NCBI RefSeq assembly: GCF_044704955.1
Contig: NC_091985.1
Span: forward strand, 210,366,001 to 210,430,000
Source of the DNA: Pristiophorus japonicus
Lineage: Eukaryota
DNA length: 64,000 nt
Direction of reading: 5' to 3'
Each line of letters starts with the position of its first letter. The first letter of the stretch is position 1. This document shows positions 37,961-51,414 of this stretch, one piece after another. Position numbers and translations under genes: made by a program. Below the pieces are notes generated by a model. It was not told the origin of the DNA, searched no databases, and saw only the letters and a list, made by a program, of their open reading frames with translations.

Positions 37961-39554
37961 TGTGTCTATATATTGACACACAAAGACAAACACACACACA
38001 CACAGACATGCTGAAACACACACATGGGTTAAGGGTGTAGGTGGACTGAAAGGGATTAAGCAGACTTTTAAAGGCACTTGTTCGTCAGTCCGTCTGCCGA
38101 TTTCGGGCCTGGTTTGGTACAAATCTGACCTCTCACCAAGGACTCTGTTTGAACTCACCAAATTCATTTTACACAAGTCCTTCAGATTGGTAAGGGTGAA
38201 AGGTCAGTATTTTGACCCTCTGTGACACTCAGCCCATTGCTGAAGATTGTTTCGAGTGCTGTACCATGTCTTTTCAGAATTCACGATAGAATTACATAGT
38301 ATTCACTTCAGAGAAACAGGCCATTCTGCCCAACATGTCCATGATGGTGTTTATGCTCCACACGAGCATTCTCTCACCTTAGTTCACCTCACCCTATCAT
38401 ATCCTCGATTCCTTTCTCTCTCATGTACGTATCTAGCTTCCCCTTAAAGGCGCTCAGCTATTCACCTTAACTCCACATGCTAGCAAGCTCTACATTCTAA
38501 CCACTCTCTGGGTAAAGAGGTTTCTCCTGAATTCCTTATTGGATTTATTAGTGACTATCTTATATTTAGTTCCTAGTTTTGGACTCCTCACAAGTGGTAA
38601 CATCTTCTCTACATCTACCCTAACAAACAGCTACATAATTATAAAGATCTCTATGAGCCTTCTCTTTTCTAGAGAAAGAGCCCCAGCATGTTCAGCCATT
38701 CTGGATACTTATAACCTCTTACTTCTGGTGTCATCCTTGGAAATCTTTTTTGCAACAGCCACAGTGCCTGTATATCTTTTTCATAATATGGAGACCAAAA
38801 CTGAACACAGTATTCCAAGTGTCGTCCAACCAAGGTTCTATATACATTTAACAAAACTTCTCTGCTTTGCAATTCTCTTACCCTAGAAATGAAACCCAGT
38901 GCTTTATTTACATTTCCATTGCCTTGTTAACCTGCTTTTAATGATTTGTGCATCTGTTCCCCTAGATCACTGGTGGGCAAAATACAGCCCATGGGCCATA
39001 TCTGGCCCGCCAAGACATTCTATCCGTCCCGCTGGATGGGACAGAAATAGAACGCAAGCCAGATCTCGAGCTGCACATTCGTCTATCCACTTTCACTTCT
39101 CATGAGTCAGAGACAGACCTGAACTGCAGCCAAGGAAAAAACATAGTAATACTTCATTTAAATTAATAATTCGCCAAAGCGATTCTCTCTGGCCTGATCT
39201 TAAAAGGATCCGTTGAGTAATTCTCGGCGCCAATGGCAGACATCAGTACCCAGAATGCACTGTGTACTAGAATATGCCCTATCCAATTTAGAGTGGAGTC
39301 ATGGCTGCTCATCTCCACAAATCTTTTACCGAAGAAAGTGACTGGCACTGCATCTCTCTTCTCCCGGTACAATGGCAGGGGAGTTCTCATCTGGCACCAA
39401 TTGGGACGGCATTAGTAATCTTTGCAGAGGGACATAATGATGACTGAGGTGGGAAAATGATGCTGACACAGGCTCTAAAGGGGGTACAGTTCTATTTCAC
39501 AGCACTGATTTACAGAGACCAGAAGATACCACAACATTTTCAACTTTTATCTTT

Positions 39555-41371
39555 GATTCGGTCCAAGTCAGCATGGATTTATGAAAGGGAAATCATGCTT
39601 GACAAATCTTCTAGAATTGTTTGAGGATGTAACTAGTAGAGTGGACAAGAGGGAGCCAGTGGATGTAGTGTATTTAGACTTTCAAAAGGCTTTTGACAAG
39701 GTCCCACTCAAGAGATTAGTGTGCAAAATTAAAGCACATGGTATTGGGGGTAATGTACTGACGTGGTTGGCAGACAGGAAGCAAAGAGTAGGAATAAATT
39801 GGTCCTTTTCAGGATGGCAGGCAGTGACTAGTGGGGTACCGCAAGGTTCAGTGCTGGGACTCCAGCTATTTACAATATACATTAATGATTTAGACAAAGG
39901 AATTAAATGTAACATCTCCAAGTTTGCAGATGACACTAAGCTGGGTGGCAGTGTGAGCTATGAGGAGGATGCTAAGAGGCTGCAGGGTGACTTGGACAGG
40001 TTAGGTTGTGAATGTGCATGAAGAAGTTGTGAATGTGTCAGTTGAAGAGGATCATGGGAAGATAGCTAAAAGAAAATGTCAAGCTGCGATATTTACAATG
40101 TCGACACAAAAAGGGGTTACTCAGTGTTGTGGTCAAACACGAGTTACGCGAAAAAGCAAAGTCAGGCATGAGTCAGACGAGAGACTGCTATAACCAGCCG
40201 TAAAATAGGGAAATGCAATGTAAAACGAAACTGTAAACACATCCCTGGAGCCCACCCGATTTGGAGAGTTGTTAGCCTGCAATTGGGTATGCTATGGGAG
40301 AAGCCGACCAATGATTGTATAAACTGAGTGTCACTCAAATATGTTCTGCTGTAACAATGTATAAATATTGAGCTTTTGTACTGTTACGAGACTTGTCAAG
40401 AGAGAGGTGAACAGGCTCAAATCGAGGGTGTTCCCTTTATCTTAACAGGTCCCGGTCGGAGAATCTCGAATAAAGGTCTTATGTTGCGAAGACTAAAAGT
40501 GTTCGTGTGTCAGTGAATTCGCTGAAACAGATTGAAGAGAAAAGAATCCGTATCAACAAGGTGAGAGGGCAAATGCATGGCAGATGCGATATAATGTAGA
40601 TAAATGTTTGGTGGTAAAAACAGGAAGGCAGATTATCTGAATTATGACAGGTTAGTAAAAGGGGAGGTGCAACGAGACCTGGGTTTCATGGTACATCAGT
40701 CACTGAAAGTTGGCATACACATACAGCAGGCGGTGAAGGCGGCAAATGGCATGTTGGCCTTCATAGCGAGAGGATTTGTGTATAGGAGCAGGGAGATCTT
40801 ACTATAGTTGTTCAGGGCCTTGGTGAGGCCACACCTTGAATATTGTATACAGTTTTGTTCTCCTAATCTGAGGAAAGACATTCTTGCTATTGAGGGAGTG
40901 CAGCGAAGGTTCAGCAGACTGATTCCTGGGCTGACAAGACTGACATATGAAGAAAGACTGGATCGACTAGGCTTATATTCAATGAAATTTAGAAGAATGA
41001 TAGGGGATCTCATAGAAACATATAAAATTCTGACGGGATTGGACAGGTTAGATGCAGGAAGAATGTTCCCGATGTTAGGGAAGTCCAGAACCAGGGGTCA
41101 TAGTCTAAGGATAAGGGGTAAGCCTCTTCACTTTAAGAGTTGTGAGCATGTGGAATTCTCTACCACAGAAAGTTGTTGAGGCCAGCTCGTTAGATATATT
41201 CAAAAGGGAGTGAGATGTGGCCCTTACGGCTAAAGGGATCAAGGGGTATGGAGAGAAAGCAGGAATGGGGTACTGAAGTGCATGATCAACCATGATCATA
41301 TTGAATGGTGGTGCAGGCTCAAAGGGCCGAACAGCCTACTCCTGCACCTATTTTCTATGTTTCTATGTTTC
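39555..41371 (+). mobile_element. 5'-truncated CR1 nested in the hAT element
   Basis: RT ORF pieces 39581-40021 and 40604-41179; TTTCTATG tail. Confidence 0.9.
40007..40558 (+). mobile_element. Solo LTR, 552 bp
   Basis: TGT...ACA ends, 4-bp TSD AGGT (40003-40006, 40559-40562), TATAAAT 40360, AATAAA 40469. Confidence 0.88.
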
Positions 41372-41711
41372 ATTTATAAGCAGTACCGGATACAAGTTGT
41401 GTATGTAAGATAGCATCTGACTACTACATGAAATTATGTTTATGCAGTGTTTTAATTTTTTTGCACACGGTCCCTTTAAATGTGCTGCACAGCCGGGCAC
41501 GATGCAGCTGCACATGCGCAGTGTCTCTTCCAGTGGCAGGAGCTGGGGATCGGTCTGTGCGGGACCCAGCGATTGGTGGAATATTGGTGGGCGGCACTCA
41601 ACAGCTCACCAAAACTTTGTTAATTGGCCCTCCAGCCCAAATAATTGCCCACCCTGCCCTAGATCTCTTTGTTCCTCAACACCATTTAGATACGTTTTTC
41701 CTGAAAATGGA

Positions 41712-43956
41712 GTACTTGCATTTATATTGCACCTTTCACCAGCACCACACATCTCAAAACAAAGCTTTAAAGCAAATGAAGTACTTATGGAGCGTAGTCA
41801 TTGTTGTAATGTGGGAAACGCAGCACCAATTTGCACACAGCAAGCTCCCACAAACAGCAATGTGATGAGAACAGAAGAAATAGGAGCAGGAGTAGGCCAT
41901 TCGGCCCATTGAGCCTGCTCCGCCATTCAATAAGATCATGGCTGTTCTGATCATGGACTCAGCTCCACTTCCCTGCCCGCTCCCTGTAACCCTGTATTCC
42001 CTTATCACTCAAAAATCTGTCTATCTCCACCTTAAAGATATTCAAAGACCCAGCCTCCACAGCTCTCTGGGGCAGAGAATGCCACAGATTTACAACCCTC
42101 AGAGAAGAAGTTCCTCCTCATCTCAGTTTTAAATGGGCCCCTTATTCTGAGACGATGCCCCCTAGTTTTAGTTCCCCTTTGAGTGGAAATATCCTTTGTG
42201 CATCCACCTTGTCGAGCCCCCTCATTATCTTGTATGTTTCGATATGATCACCTCTCATTCTTCTGAACTCCAATGTGTATAGGCCCAATCTACTCAACCC
42301 ATCTTCATAAGTCAACCTAATGAACCTTCTCTGAACAGCCTCTAATGCAAGTATATCCTTCCTTAAATAGAGACCAAAACTGTACGCAGTACTCCAGGTG
42401 TGGCCTCACCAATACCCTGTACAGTTGTAGCAGAACTTCTCTGCTTTTATACTCTATCCCCCTTGCAATAAAGGCCAACATTCCATTTGCCTTCCTGATT
42501 ACGTGCTGTACCCCATACTAACTTTTTGTGTTTCATGCACAAGGATGCCCAGGTCCCTCGGTACTGTAGCACTTTGCAATTTTGCTCCATTTAAATAATA
42601 ATTTGCTTTTTAATTCTTTCTGCGAAAGTGGACAACCTCACACTTTCCCACATTATACTCCATCTGCCAAATGTTTGCCCACTCACTTAGTCTATCTATA
42701 TCCCCTGCAGATTTTGTGTGTCCTCCTCACAACTTGCTTTCCCACCCATCTTTGTATCATCAGCAAACTTGGCTACATTACACTCGGTCCCTTCATCCAA
42801 GTCATTAATATAGATTGTAAATAGTTGAGGACCCAACACCCTGCGACACCCCACCATTCACTGTTGGCCAACCGGAAAATGACCCATTTATCCCGACTCT
42901 CTATTTTCTGTTAGTTAGCCAATCCTCTACCCATGCAAATATATTGCCCCCTATCCCGTGAACTTTTATCTTGTGCAGTAACCTTTTATGTGGCACCTTA
43001 TCGAATGCCTTCTGGAAATCCAATAAAACCACATCCACTGGTTCCCCCTTATCCACCCTGCTCGTTACATCCTCAAAGAGCTCCAGCAAATTTGTCAAAC
43101 ATGATTTCCCTTTCATAAAACCATGCTGACTCTGCTTGATTGAATTGTGCTTTTCCAAATGTCCTGCTACTGCTTCCTTAATAATGGACTCTAGCATTTT
43201 CCCAACGACAGATGTTAGGCTAACTGGTCTATAGTTTCCTGCTTTTTGTCTGCCTCCTTTTTCTTTTAAATAGGGGCATTACATTTGCGGTTTTCCAATC
43301 CACTGGGACCGCCCCAGAATCCAGGGAATTTAGGTAGATTACAACCAATGCATCCACTATCTCTGCAGCCACCTCTTTTAAGACCCAAAGATGTAAGCCA
43401 TCAGGTCCTGGGGACTTGTCTGCCTTTAGTCCCATTATTTTACCGAGTACTATTTCATTAGTGATAGTGTTATTTTACCGAGTACTATTTCATTAGTGAT
43501 AGTGTTAAGTTCCTCCCTCCATACAGTCCTTTGATTATCCAATATTGGGATGTTTTTAATGCCTTCTACCGTGAAGACCGATGCAAAATATTTGTTCAGC
43601 GTCTCTGCGATTTCCCTGTTCTTCATTATTAATTCCCCATCTCATCCTCCAGGGGATAACGACCAGACAATCTGTTTTTGTAATGTTGAAGGATAAATAC
43701 TGGCCAGGAGACCGGGAATAACTGCTCTGCGCTTCCTCGAAATAGTGTCATGGGACCTTTCACATGCACCGGAGGGAGCAGACGGGGCTGTGGTTTAACG
43801 TCGCTTCTGAAAGACGGCACCTGATAGTGCAGCACTCCCTCAGCACTGCACTGGATTGTCAGCCGAGATTTTTGTGCTCAAATCCCTGGTGTGGGAATTG
43901 TACCCACAATCTTATAACTCAGAGGTGAGAGTGCTACTCACTGAGCCACAGCTGAG
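41712..43956 (-). mobile_element. tRNA-headed Deu-domain SINE (SacSINE1-like): head 43655-43956, tail 41712-41865, split by CR1
   Basis: A-box-like GTGGCTCAGTG, Deu core CAGTGCTGAGGGAGTGCTGCAC...GGTGCCGTCTTTC; family name from recollection. Confidence 0.75.
41866..43652 (-). mobile_element. 5'-truncated CR1
   Basis: Minus-strand RT pieces ([16 protein letters not shown]) and tail at 41866. Confidence 0.9.
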
Positions 43957-44019
43957 TACCTGGCCTCCTTATTCCACCTACCAAAATGCACCATGTCACA
44001 GCTATTTATATTGGAAGTA

Positions 44020-45450
44020 GAATCATAAAAGTTGACAGCACAGGAGGCCGCCATTTTGGCACATTATGCCGGCCAACAAGAGGCTATCCAGCTGTAACTC
44101 TGCAGGTTACGACACTTCAAGTGCACATCCAAGTATTTTTTTGATGTGGGTGAGGGTTTCTGCCTCTACCACCCTTTCAGGCAGTGAGTTCCAGAATCCC
44201 ACAACCCTCTGCGTGAATAAATTTCCCCTCAAATCCCTTCTAAATTTTCTACCAATTATTTTAATTTATGCCCACTGGTTGTTGAACCCTCTGCTAAGGG
44301 AAATAGGTCCTTTCTATCCTCTATATCTAGGCCCCCATAATTTTATACACCTCAATGAGGTCTCCTCTCAGCCTTCCCTGTTCCAAGGAAAACAAATCCA
44401 GCCTATCCAATCTGTCCTCATAGCCAAGATTCTCCACTCCCGGCAACAGCCTCATAAATCTCCTCTGTACCCTCTCCAGTGCAATCATGTCCTGCCTGTA
44501 ATGTGGTGACCAGAACTGCACGCAGTACTCAGCTTTTTTTAAAAAAAAACAGTTCAAGCATAACCCCCTGCTCTTGTATTCTGTGCCTCGGCTAATAAAG
44601 GCAAGCATTCCGTATGCATTCTTAACCACCTTATCTACCTGTACTGCTACTTTCAGGGATCTGTGGACATGCACTCCAAGGTCCCTTTGTTCCTCTATAC
44701 TTCTCAGTGTCCTACCATTTAATGTGTATTCCCTTTCCTTGTTAGCCCTCCCCACATGCATTACCTCACACTTCTCTGGATTAAATTCCATTTGCCACTG
44801 TTTTGACCAGTTGATTGATATTTTTTTGCAGTCCTCAGCTTTCTTCATTATCAACCACACAGCCGATTTTAGTATCATCTGCAAAATTCCTAATCATACC
44901 CCCTATATTCAAGTCTATATTCAAGTATATCACAAAAAGCAAGGGACCTAGTACTGAGCCCTGCGGAACCCCACTGGAAACATCCTTCCAGTCACAAAAA
45001 CATCCATCAACCATTACCCTTTGCGTTCTGCCTCTGAGCCAATTTTGGATCCAACTTGCCACTTTGCCCTGGATCTCATGGGCTTTTACTTTCGTGACCA
45101 AACTGCCATGTGGGACTTTATCAAAAGCTTTGTAAAATCCATATACACTACATCATACGCTTGGCCCTCATCCACCCTCCTGGTTACCTCCTCGAAAAAT
45201 TCAATCAAATTAGTTAGACACGACCTTTCCTTAACAAATCCGTGCTGACTGTCCTTGATTAAGCCGTGTCTTTCTAAGTGAAGATTTATCCTGTCCTTCA
45301 GGAATTTTTCCAATAATTTTCCCACCACTGAGGTTAGGCTGACTGGTTTGTAATTACTCGGTCTATCCCTTTCTCCCTTCTTAAACAAAAGTACCACATT
45401 AGTAGTCCTCCAGCACCATATCTAAAGCCAGAGAGGATTGGAAAATGGTG
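44020..45450 (-). mobile_element. CR1 fragment, second subfamily
   Basis: YKPVSL, PQGSVLGP, FADDT and EYCVQFWS in shifted frames. Confidence 0.88.
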
Positions 45451-45454
45451 GTTG

Positions 45455-46420
45455 AGCAGTTATAATGAGGGATGTTCAAGAGGTCAGAATTTGAGGAGCA
45501 AGATATCTTGTGGGGTTGTGAGGCTGAAAAAGATTAGAGAGATAGGGAGGAGCGAGACCATGGAATGATTTGTAAACAAGGATGAGAATTTTGAAATCGA
45601 GGCTTTGTTTAACTGGGAGCCAATGTAGGTCAGAAAGCACAGGAGTGATGGGTGATCTTGACTTGATGCGGTGGGTTAGTACATGGGGGGCTGAGATTTG
45701 GATGACCTCAAGTTTATGTAGTGAGGAATGTGGGAGACCGGCCAGGAGTGAGTTGGAGTAGTCAAGTCTAGAGGTAACAAAGGCATGGATGAGGGTTTCA
45801 GCAGCACAAGAGCTGAGGCAGGAGCGGAGGTGGGTAATGTTATGGAGGTGGAAAAAGGTGGTTTTAGTTATGCCATGGATATGTGGCTGGAAACTCATTT
45901 CAGGGTCAAATATGACACCTAGATTGTGAACAGTTTTGTTCACCCTCAGATTGATGCTAAGGAGAGGGATGGTGTCAGTGGTTAGGGAACGCAGTTTGTG
46001 GCGGGGACCAAAGATAATGGCTTCGGTCTTCCCAATAGTTAATTGGAGCAAATTTCTGCTCATCCAGTACTGGATGTCGGACAAGCAATCTGACAATTTA
46101 GATACCAAGCATGGATCAAGACAAGTGGTGGAGAGGTAGAGCTGGGTATCGTCAGCGTATATGTAGAAACTGACTCGGTGTTTTCAGATGATATCTCCAA
46201 GGGGCAGCATATAGATGAGAAATAAGAGGGAAACAAGGACAGATCTTTGGGGGACACCAGAGGTAACAATGTAGGAGTGGGAAGAGAAGCCATTGCACGA
46301 TATTTTCTGGCTACGATTAGATAGGCAAGAATGGAACCAGGCGAGTGCAGTCCCACCTAGCTGAACATTGATGGAAAGGCGTTGGAGGAGGATGGAGTAG
46401 TCAACTGTGTCAGAGGTGCA
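45455..46420 (-). mobile_element. L2-clade LINE RT fragment
   Basis: HAFVTSRLDYSNSLLAGLP...LHWLPV...FKIL, typical of the L2 ORF2 C-terminus. Confidence 0.85.
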
Positions 46421-46487
46421 GCAGAGGTTAGAACCTAAAGCAAGTTTTCCACTAGATTAACAGTGACTCCAATTCACTTATGTTATA

Positions 46488-48325
46488 AGAACACAAAAAA
46501 TAGGAGCAGGCCATTCGGCCCCTCGAGCCTGATCCACCATTCAATAATATCATAGCTGATCTTCTACCTCAACTCCACTTTCCTCATATCCCTTCACCCC
46601 TTAATATTCAAAAATGTATCAAGCTGCCTTGAATATACTCAAACACTGAGCATCCATAGCCCTTTGGGGGAGAGACTTCCAAAGATTCACCATCCTCTGA
46701 GTGAAGAAATTTATCTTCATCTCAGTCCTAAATGGCCGACACTTATTCTGAGATTGTGACTCCTGGTTCCAGACTCCCAGCCAGAGGAAATATCCTTCCT
46801 GCATCTACCCTGTCAAGCCCTTTAAGAATTGTGTATGTTTCAATTAGATCACCTCTCATTATTCTAAACTACAGAGAATATAGGCCTAATCTACTCAATC
46901 TCTCTTCATAGGACAATCCCCCATCCCAGGAATCAGTCTGGTGAACCTCCATTCCTCAATGGCAAGTATATCCTTTCTTAGGCAAGGAGATCAAAACTGT
47001 ACACAATACTTCAAATGTGGTCTCACCAGGGCAGTATGTAATTGCAGTAAGACATCTTTCCTCTTATACTCAAATCCTTTTATAATAAAGGTCAACATAT
47101 CATTTGCTTCCTGTACCTGCATGTTAACTTTCAGTGATTCATATACATGGACACCCAGGACCCTCTGAACAACAGCATTTTCCAATCTTTCAGCATTTAC
47201 AAACTACTCTGCTTTTCTATTTTTCCTACCAAAGTGGATAACTTCACATTATATTCCATTTTCCATCTTCTTGCCCACTCACTTAGCCCATCTATAGCCC
47301 TTTGAAGTTTCTTTGCATTTTGCATCATCCTCACAATTACATTCCCACCTAGCTTTGTATCATCAGCAAACTTGGATATCATCCAAATCATTGATATAGA
47401 TTGTTAATAGCTGGGGCCCAAGCCCTGATCCCTACGGTACCACTCCACTAGTTACAGCCTGCCAACCCGAAAATTACCCGTTTATTCCGACTCTGTTTTC
47501 TGTCCATTAACCAATCCTCAATCCATGCTCGTGTCCACAGTAAATGACACAAGGTCAGCCCGCTGGATGGAACCTCGGGCACCCGGAGCATGATCTCCGG
47601 TGTCTCCAGTCCCGACTGCCCCCTTACATCAGTCTCCCCTCACTTTTATACCCTGCAGTGATCCATCTCTGGCACCTGACTCTTCTTTGTCTTCTCTGCT
47701 GGGTTTTGGCAGGAAGCTGGGAAAAGACAGCTGGAACTTCTCTAATCTGTGATTTACAAGGACACTTTCCCTGGTTCCCAGCAGTTACTTTTCTTCAGCA
47801 ATTTTCTGATTATCCCTAAACTCCCCTGCCTGCTGTTAGTTATTTCTTATAGTTTCATAATTATAGGTATAAACATCACACATTATAATCTAACCTATTC
47901 TATTACTCACTTTGGTTTAAGCTTATATTGTCCTGTACTATTTTATGATTTTATAACCAATCCTCAATCCATGTGAGTGTATTACCCCCAATCTTATGAG
48001 CTCTAATTTTGTTTAATTATCTCTTGTCGAATGCCTTCTGAAAATCCAAATACACCACATCCACTGGTTCCCCCCTTATCTGTTCTGCTAGTTACCACCT
48101 CAAAAAACGCTAACAGATTTGTCAAACATGATTTCAGTTTTATAAATCCGTATTGACTCTGCCCAATCCTGTTATTATTTTTAAATAGTGCCCTGTTACC
48201 ACATCCTTATAATAGAATCTAGCATTTTCCTTACTACTGATGTCAGGCTAACTGATCTGTGGTTCTTTGTTTTCTCTCTCCCTCCTTTCTTAAATAGTGG
48301 GGTTATATTTGGTACCTTCCAATCC
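46488..48325 (-). mobile_element. CR1 fragment with a 426-bp insert (47528-47953)
   Basis: RT pieces; a 20-bp direct repeat flanks the insert. Confidence 0.8.
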
Positions 48326-48329
48326 GCAC

Positions 48330-48830
48330 GAAGGGAGAGAGAGCAAATGAGTGAGAGGAAGATTGACACAGAAGGGAGAGAGAGCTGGACAGAGTGAGAT
48401 CAAACAGACAGCAAAGTAAGTGAGACAGAGTGAGACTTAAATCCAAAAGGGGAAGTGGGAGAGACAGAATGAGGCAGAGAAAGAAAGGAAAGAAAGAGAA
48501 GATATTGGCCGGGATGGCAAGGGAGAAGAGAATGGGGCAGAGAGAAAAGAGAGGGGCGAAAGAGGCGGAGAGAGGTAGACTGAGAGCATAGCAGAAAGAG
48601 GAACAGAGAAGCAGAGAAGAGAAAGGTGGAAAGAGTGAGAGACAGTGAGTCAGAGAGAAATGAGAGAGGTAGAGATCTTATTGAATGGCGGAGCAGGCTC
48701 AAAGGGCAAAATGGCCTACTCCTGCTCCTATTTCTTATGTTCTTAATAGAGCAAATGTGAATTAGAGAGAGAGAGAACAAGGTGGGGGGAGAGAGAGAAA
48801 TTGAGAAAGAAACAGGTGGAGATATGAGAG
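48330..48830. repeat. GA-rich low-complexity tract containing a CR1 tail (48675-48745)
   Basis: Purine-rich runs. Confidence 0.8.
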
Positions 48831-49522
48831 TGCTTCTTCGGCAGCCCCTCCCAAACCCTCAACCTCTACCATCTAGAAGGACAAGGGCAGCAAGCACATG
48901 GGAACACCACCACCAGCACGTTCCCCTCCAAGTCACACACCATCCTGATATGTAAGAATATCACCGTTCCTTCGTCGCTGGGTCAAAATCCTGGCACTCC
49001 CTCCCTCATCATCATCATAGGCAGTCCCTCGAATCGAGGATGACTTGCTTCCACGTCAAAAAGTTCACAGGTGTTTCAATGAAGGACCTAAAATTCCAGG
49101 TCCCGTACTACATGTTGAAGGGTGGAAGATACCGGTGCGTGGATTTTTTTTAACGTGTGGTGACCGTTGCACACCAGCCACCACACGGGCTTGACAGAGC
49201 TAGGTCTTGGTCCAGTGGCAAGGATTAACCAAAACGACTGGAGACCAGCTCTGCTGCACGGACCTAATGCGCACATATAATGCAGTGTGGACGGCCCGTG
49301 CTGCCCCTGGGCTCGCGCCTCTTCTGGTCCCCAAACTCACGCCTCTCCTGGGCCCCGGTCATATCCCTCTACAATCTCTCACCGCTCCTTCGCCCTGACC
49401 TCGCCGCTCCATCACACGGACTGCAGCGGTTCAAGAAGGTGGCTCACAACCATCTTCTCAAGGGCAATTAGAGATGGATAATAAATGCTGGCCTTGCCAG
49501 CGAAGCCCACATCCCATGAACA
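48830..49522 (+). mobile_element. LINE 3' end (clade unassigned) split by a (TGA)n-tailed element at 49006-49410 (-)
   Basis: Insert is homologous to 33178-33500; host ends ...AATAAATGCTGGCCTTGCCAGCG...CACATCCCATGAA. Confidence 0.6.
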
Positions 49523-49544
49523 ATTTTTTTTTTTTTTTTAAAAA

Positions 49545-49990
49545 GTCACCTTCTCTTTTCAAGAGGAAGAGACCCAGCCTGTTCATCCTTTCCTAATAGG
49601 CATAACCTCGCATTTCTGGTATCATAATTGTAAATCTAATTTCCAATCTCGCCAATTCCTCTATATCCTTTTTATAATATGGAGGTCACAATTGTACACA
49701 GTACTCCAAATATGGTCTAACCAAGGTTCGATACAAGTTCAGCATACCTTAGCTACTTTTCAATTCAATCCCCCTGGAAATAAACCCGAGTGCTTGGTTT
49801 ACTCTTTTTAACGGCCTTATTAACCTATGTCGCTACTTTTGGTGATTTTTGCATTTGTATTCCGAGATCACTTTGCTCTTCTGCCCCATTTAGATTCTGG
49901 TTTTCCAACTAATATGTGACCTCCTTATTTCTGTTACCAAAATGCAATACCTCACATTTATCAGTGTTGAAATTCATTATATGCCAATTC
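49545..49990 (-). mobile_element. Old CR1 fragment
   Basis: FNTDKCEVLHFG. Confidence 0.75.
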
Positions 49991-50019
49991 TGCAAGTATA
50001 ATAATGTAATAAGACATGT

Positions 50020-50295
50020 AGTACAGCACGGATTAGATACAGAGTAAAGCTCCCTCCACACTGACCCTTCAAACACTCCCAGGTCATAGACAACACGGGT
50101 TAGTGACAAAGTAATGCTCCCTCTGCACTGTCCCATCAAACATTTCCAGGTCATATATAGCACGGGCAAGGTACAGAGTTAAGTTCCCTCGACACATAGA
50201 GAGTAAAGCTCCATCTATACTCCCCATCAAACACTCCCAGGCCAACTACAGCTTGATTTAGATACAGAGTAAATTTCCTTCTACACCCTCCCAGG
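50020..50295. repeat. 67-bp satellite, short array
   Basis: Same unit as 60820-61825. Confidence 0.8.
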
Positions 50296-51312
50296 GCAGT
50301 TTCCAGTGGGCTTCCGCAGGGCTCAGTACTTGGTTCCCTGCTTTTTGTGATATATATATAATCAATGATTTGGACTTGAATGTCGGAGGTATGATTAAGA
50401 AGTTTGCAGATGATACAAAAATTGGCCCTGTGCTTGATAATGAAGAAGCGGTAGGCTGCAGGAAGGTATCAATGGACTGGTCAGGTGGGCAGAACAGTGT
50501 CAAATGGAACTCAATCCGGAGAAGTGAGGTAATGCATTTGGGGAGGGCTATCAAGGAAATCGAATACACAATAAATGGTAGGACACTGAGAAGTGTAGAG
50601 GGACAAAGGGACCTTGGAGTGCATGTCCACAGATTCTAGAAGGTAGCAGGACAGGTAGATAAGGTGGTTAAGAAGGCATACGGGATACTTGCCTTTATTA
50701 GCCGAGGCATAGAATAGAAGATTAGGGAGGTTATGCTTGAACTGTATAAAAAACTACTTAGGCCACAGTTAGAGTACTGCGTGCAGTTCTGGTCACCACA
50801 GTACAGGAAAGATGTGACTGCCCCAGAGAGGATAGAGGAAATTTACGAGGATGTTGCCTGGACTGGAGAATTTTAGCTATGAGGAAAGATTGGATAGGCT
50901 GGGGTTGTTTTCTTTGGAACAGAGGAGGCTTAGGCGACCTAATTGAGGTGTATAAAATTATGAGGGGCCTAGATAGAGCAGATAGGAAGGACCTATTTCC
51001 CTCAGCAGATGGTTGAATAACCAGGGGGCATAGATTTAAAGTAAGTGGTAGGAGGTTTAGTGCGGATTTGAGGAGAAATATTTTCACCAAGGTTGGTGGG
51101 GGTCTGAAACTCACTGCCTGAAAGAGTGGTAGAGGCAGAAACCCTCATAGCATTTAAAAAGTACTTGGATATGCACTTGAAGTGCCGTAACCTACAAGGC
51201 TACGATCCAAGAGCTGGAAAGTGGGATCAGGCTGGAAAGCTCTTTGTCAGCAAGCACGGACATGATGGGCTGAATGGCCTCCTTCTGTGCTGTAAATTTC
51301 TATGATTCTCTG
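50296..51312 (+). mobile_element. CR1 fragment, second subfamily
   Basis: KFADDTK and tail. Confidence 0.85.
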
Positions 51313-51414
51313 ATCGCAAGGCTAGGAGAGACGCTCTTGAAGGTATGGGGAGCTCGGACTTGTCCGTGGGAGTAACAGACAGCAAGAGAACTCAAATAAT
51401 CCCGAGCAATGCGG

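Larger units (their letters stand above)
38968..41656. mobile_element. Non-autonomous hAT (Charlie-like) DNA transposon
   Basis: Terminal inverted repeats CACTGGTGGGCAA and TTGCCCACCCTG, subterminal GGCCC motifs, 8-bp TSD CCCTAGAT (38960-38967, 41657-41664). Confidence 0.85.
38290..41695 (-). mobile_element. Old CR1 (38290-38967, resumes 41657-41695) split by a hAT element
   Basis: Minus-strand LVGRHLEYCVQFWSP; sequence continues across the insertion. Confidence 0.75.
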
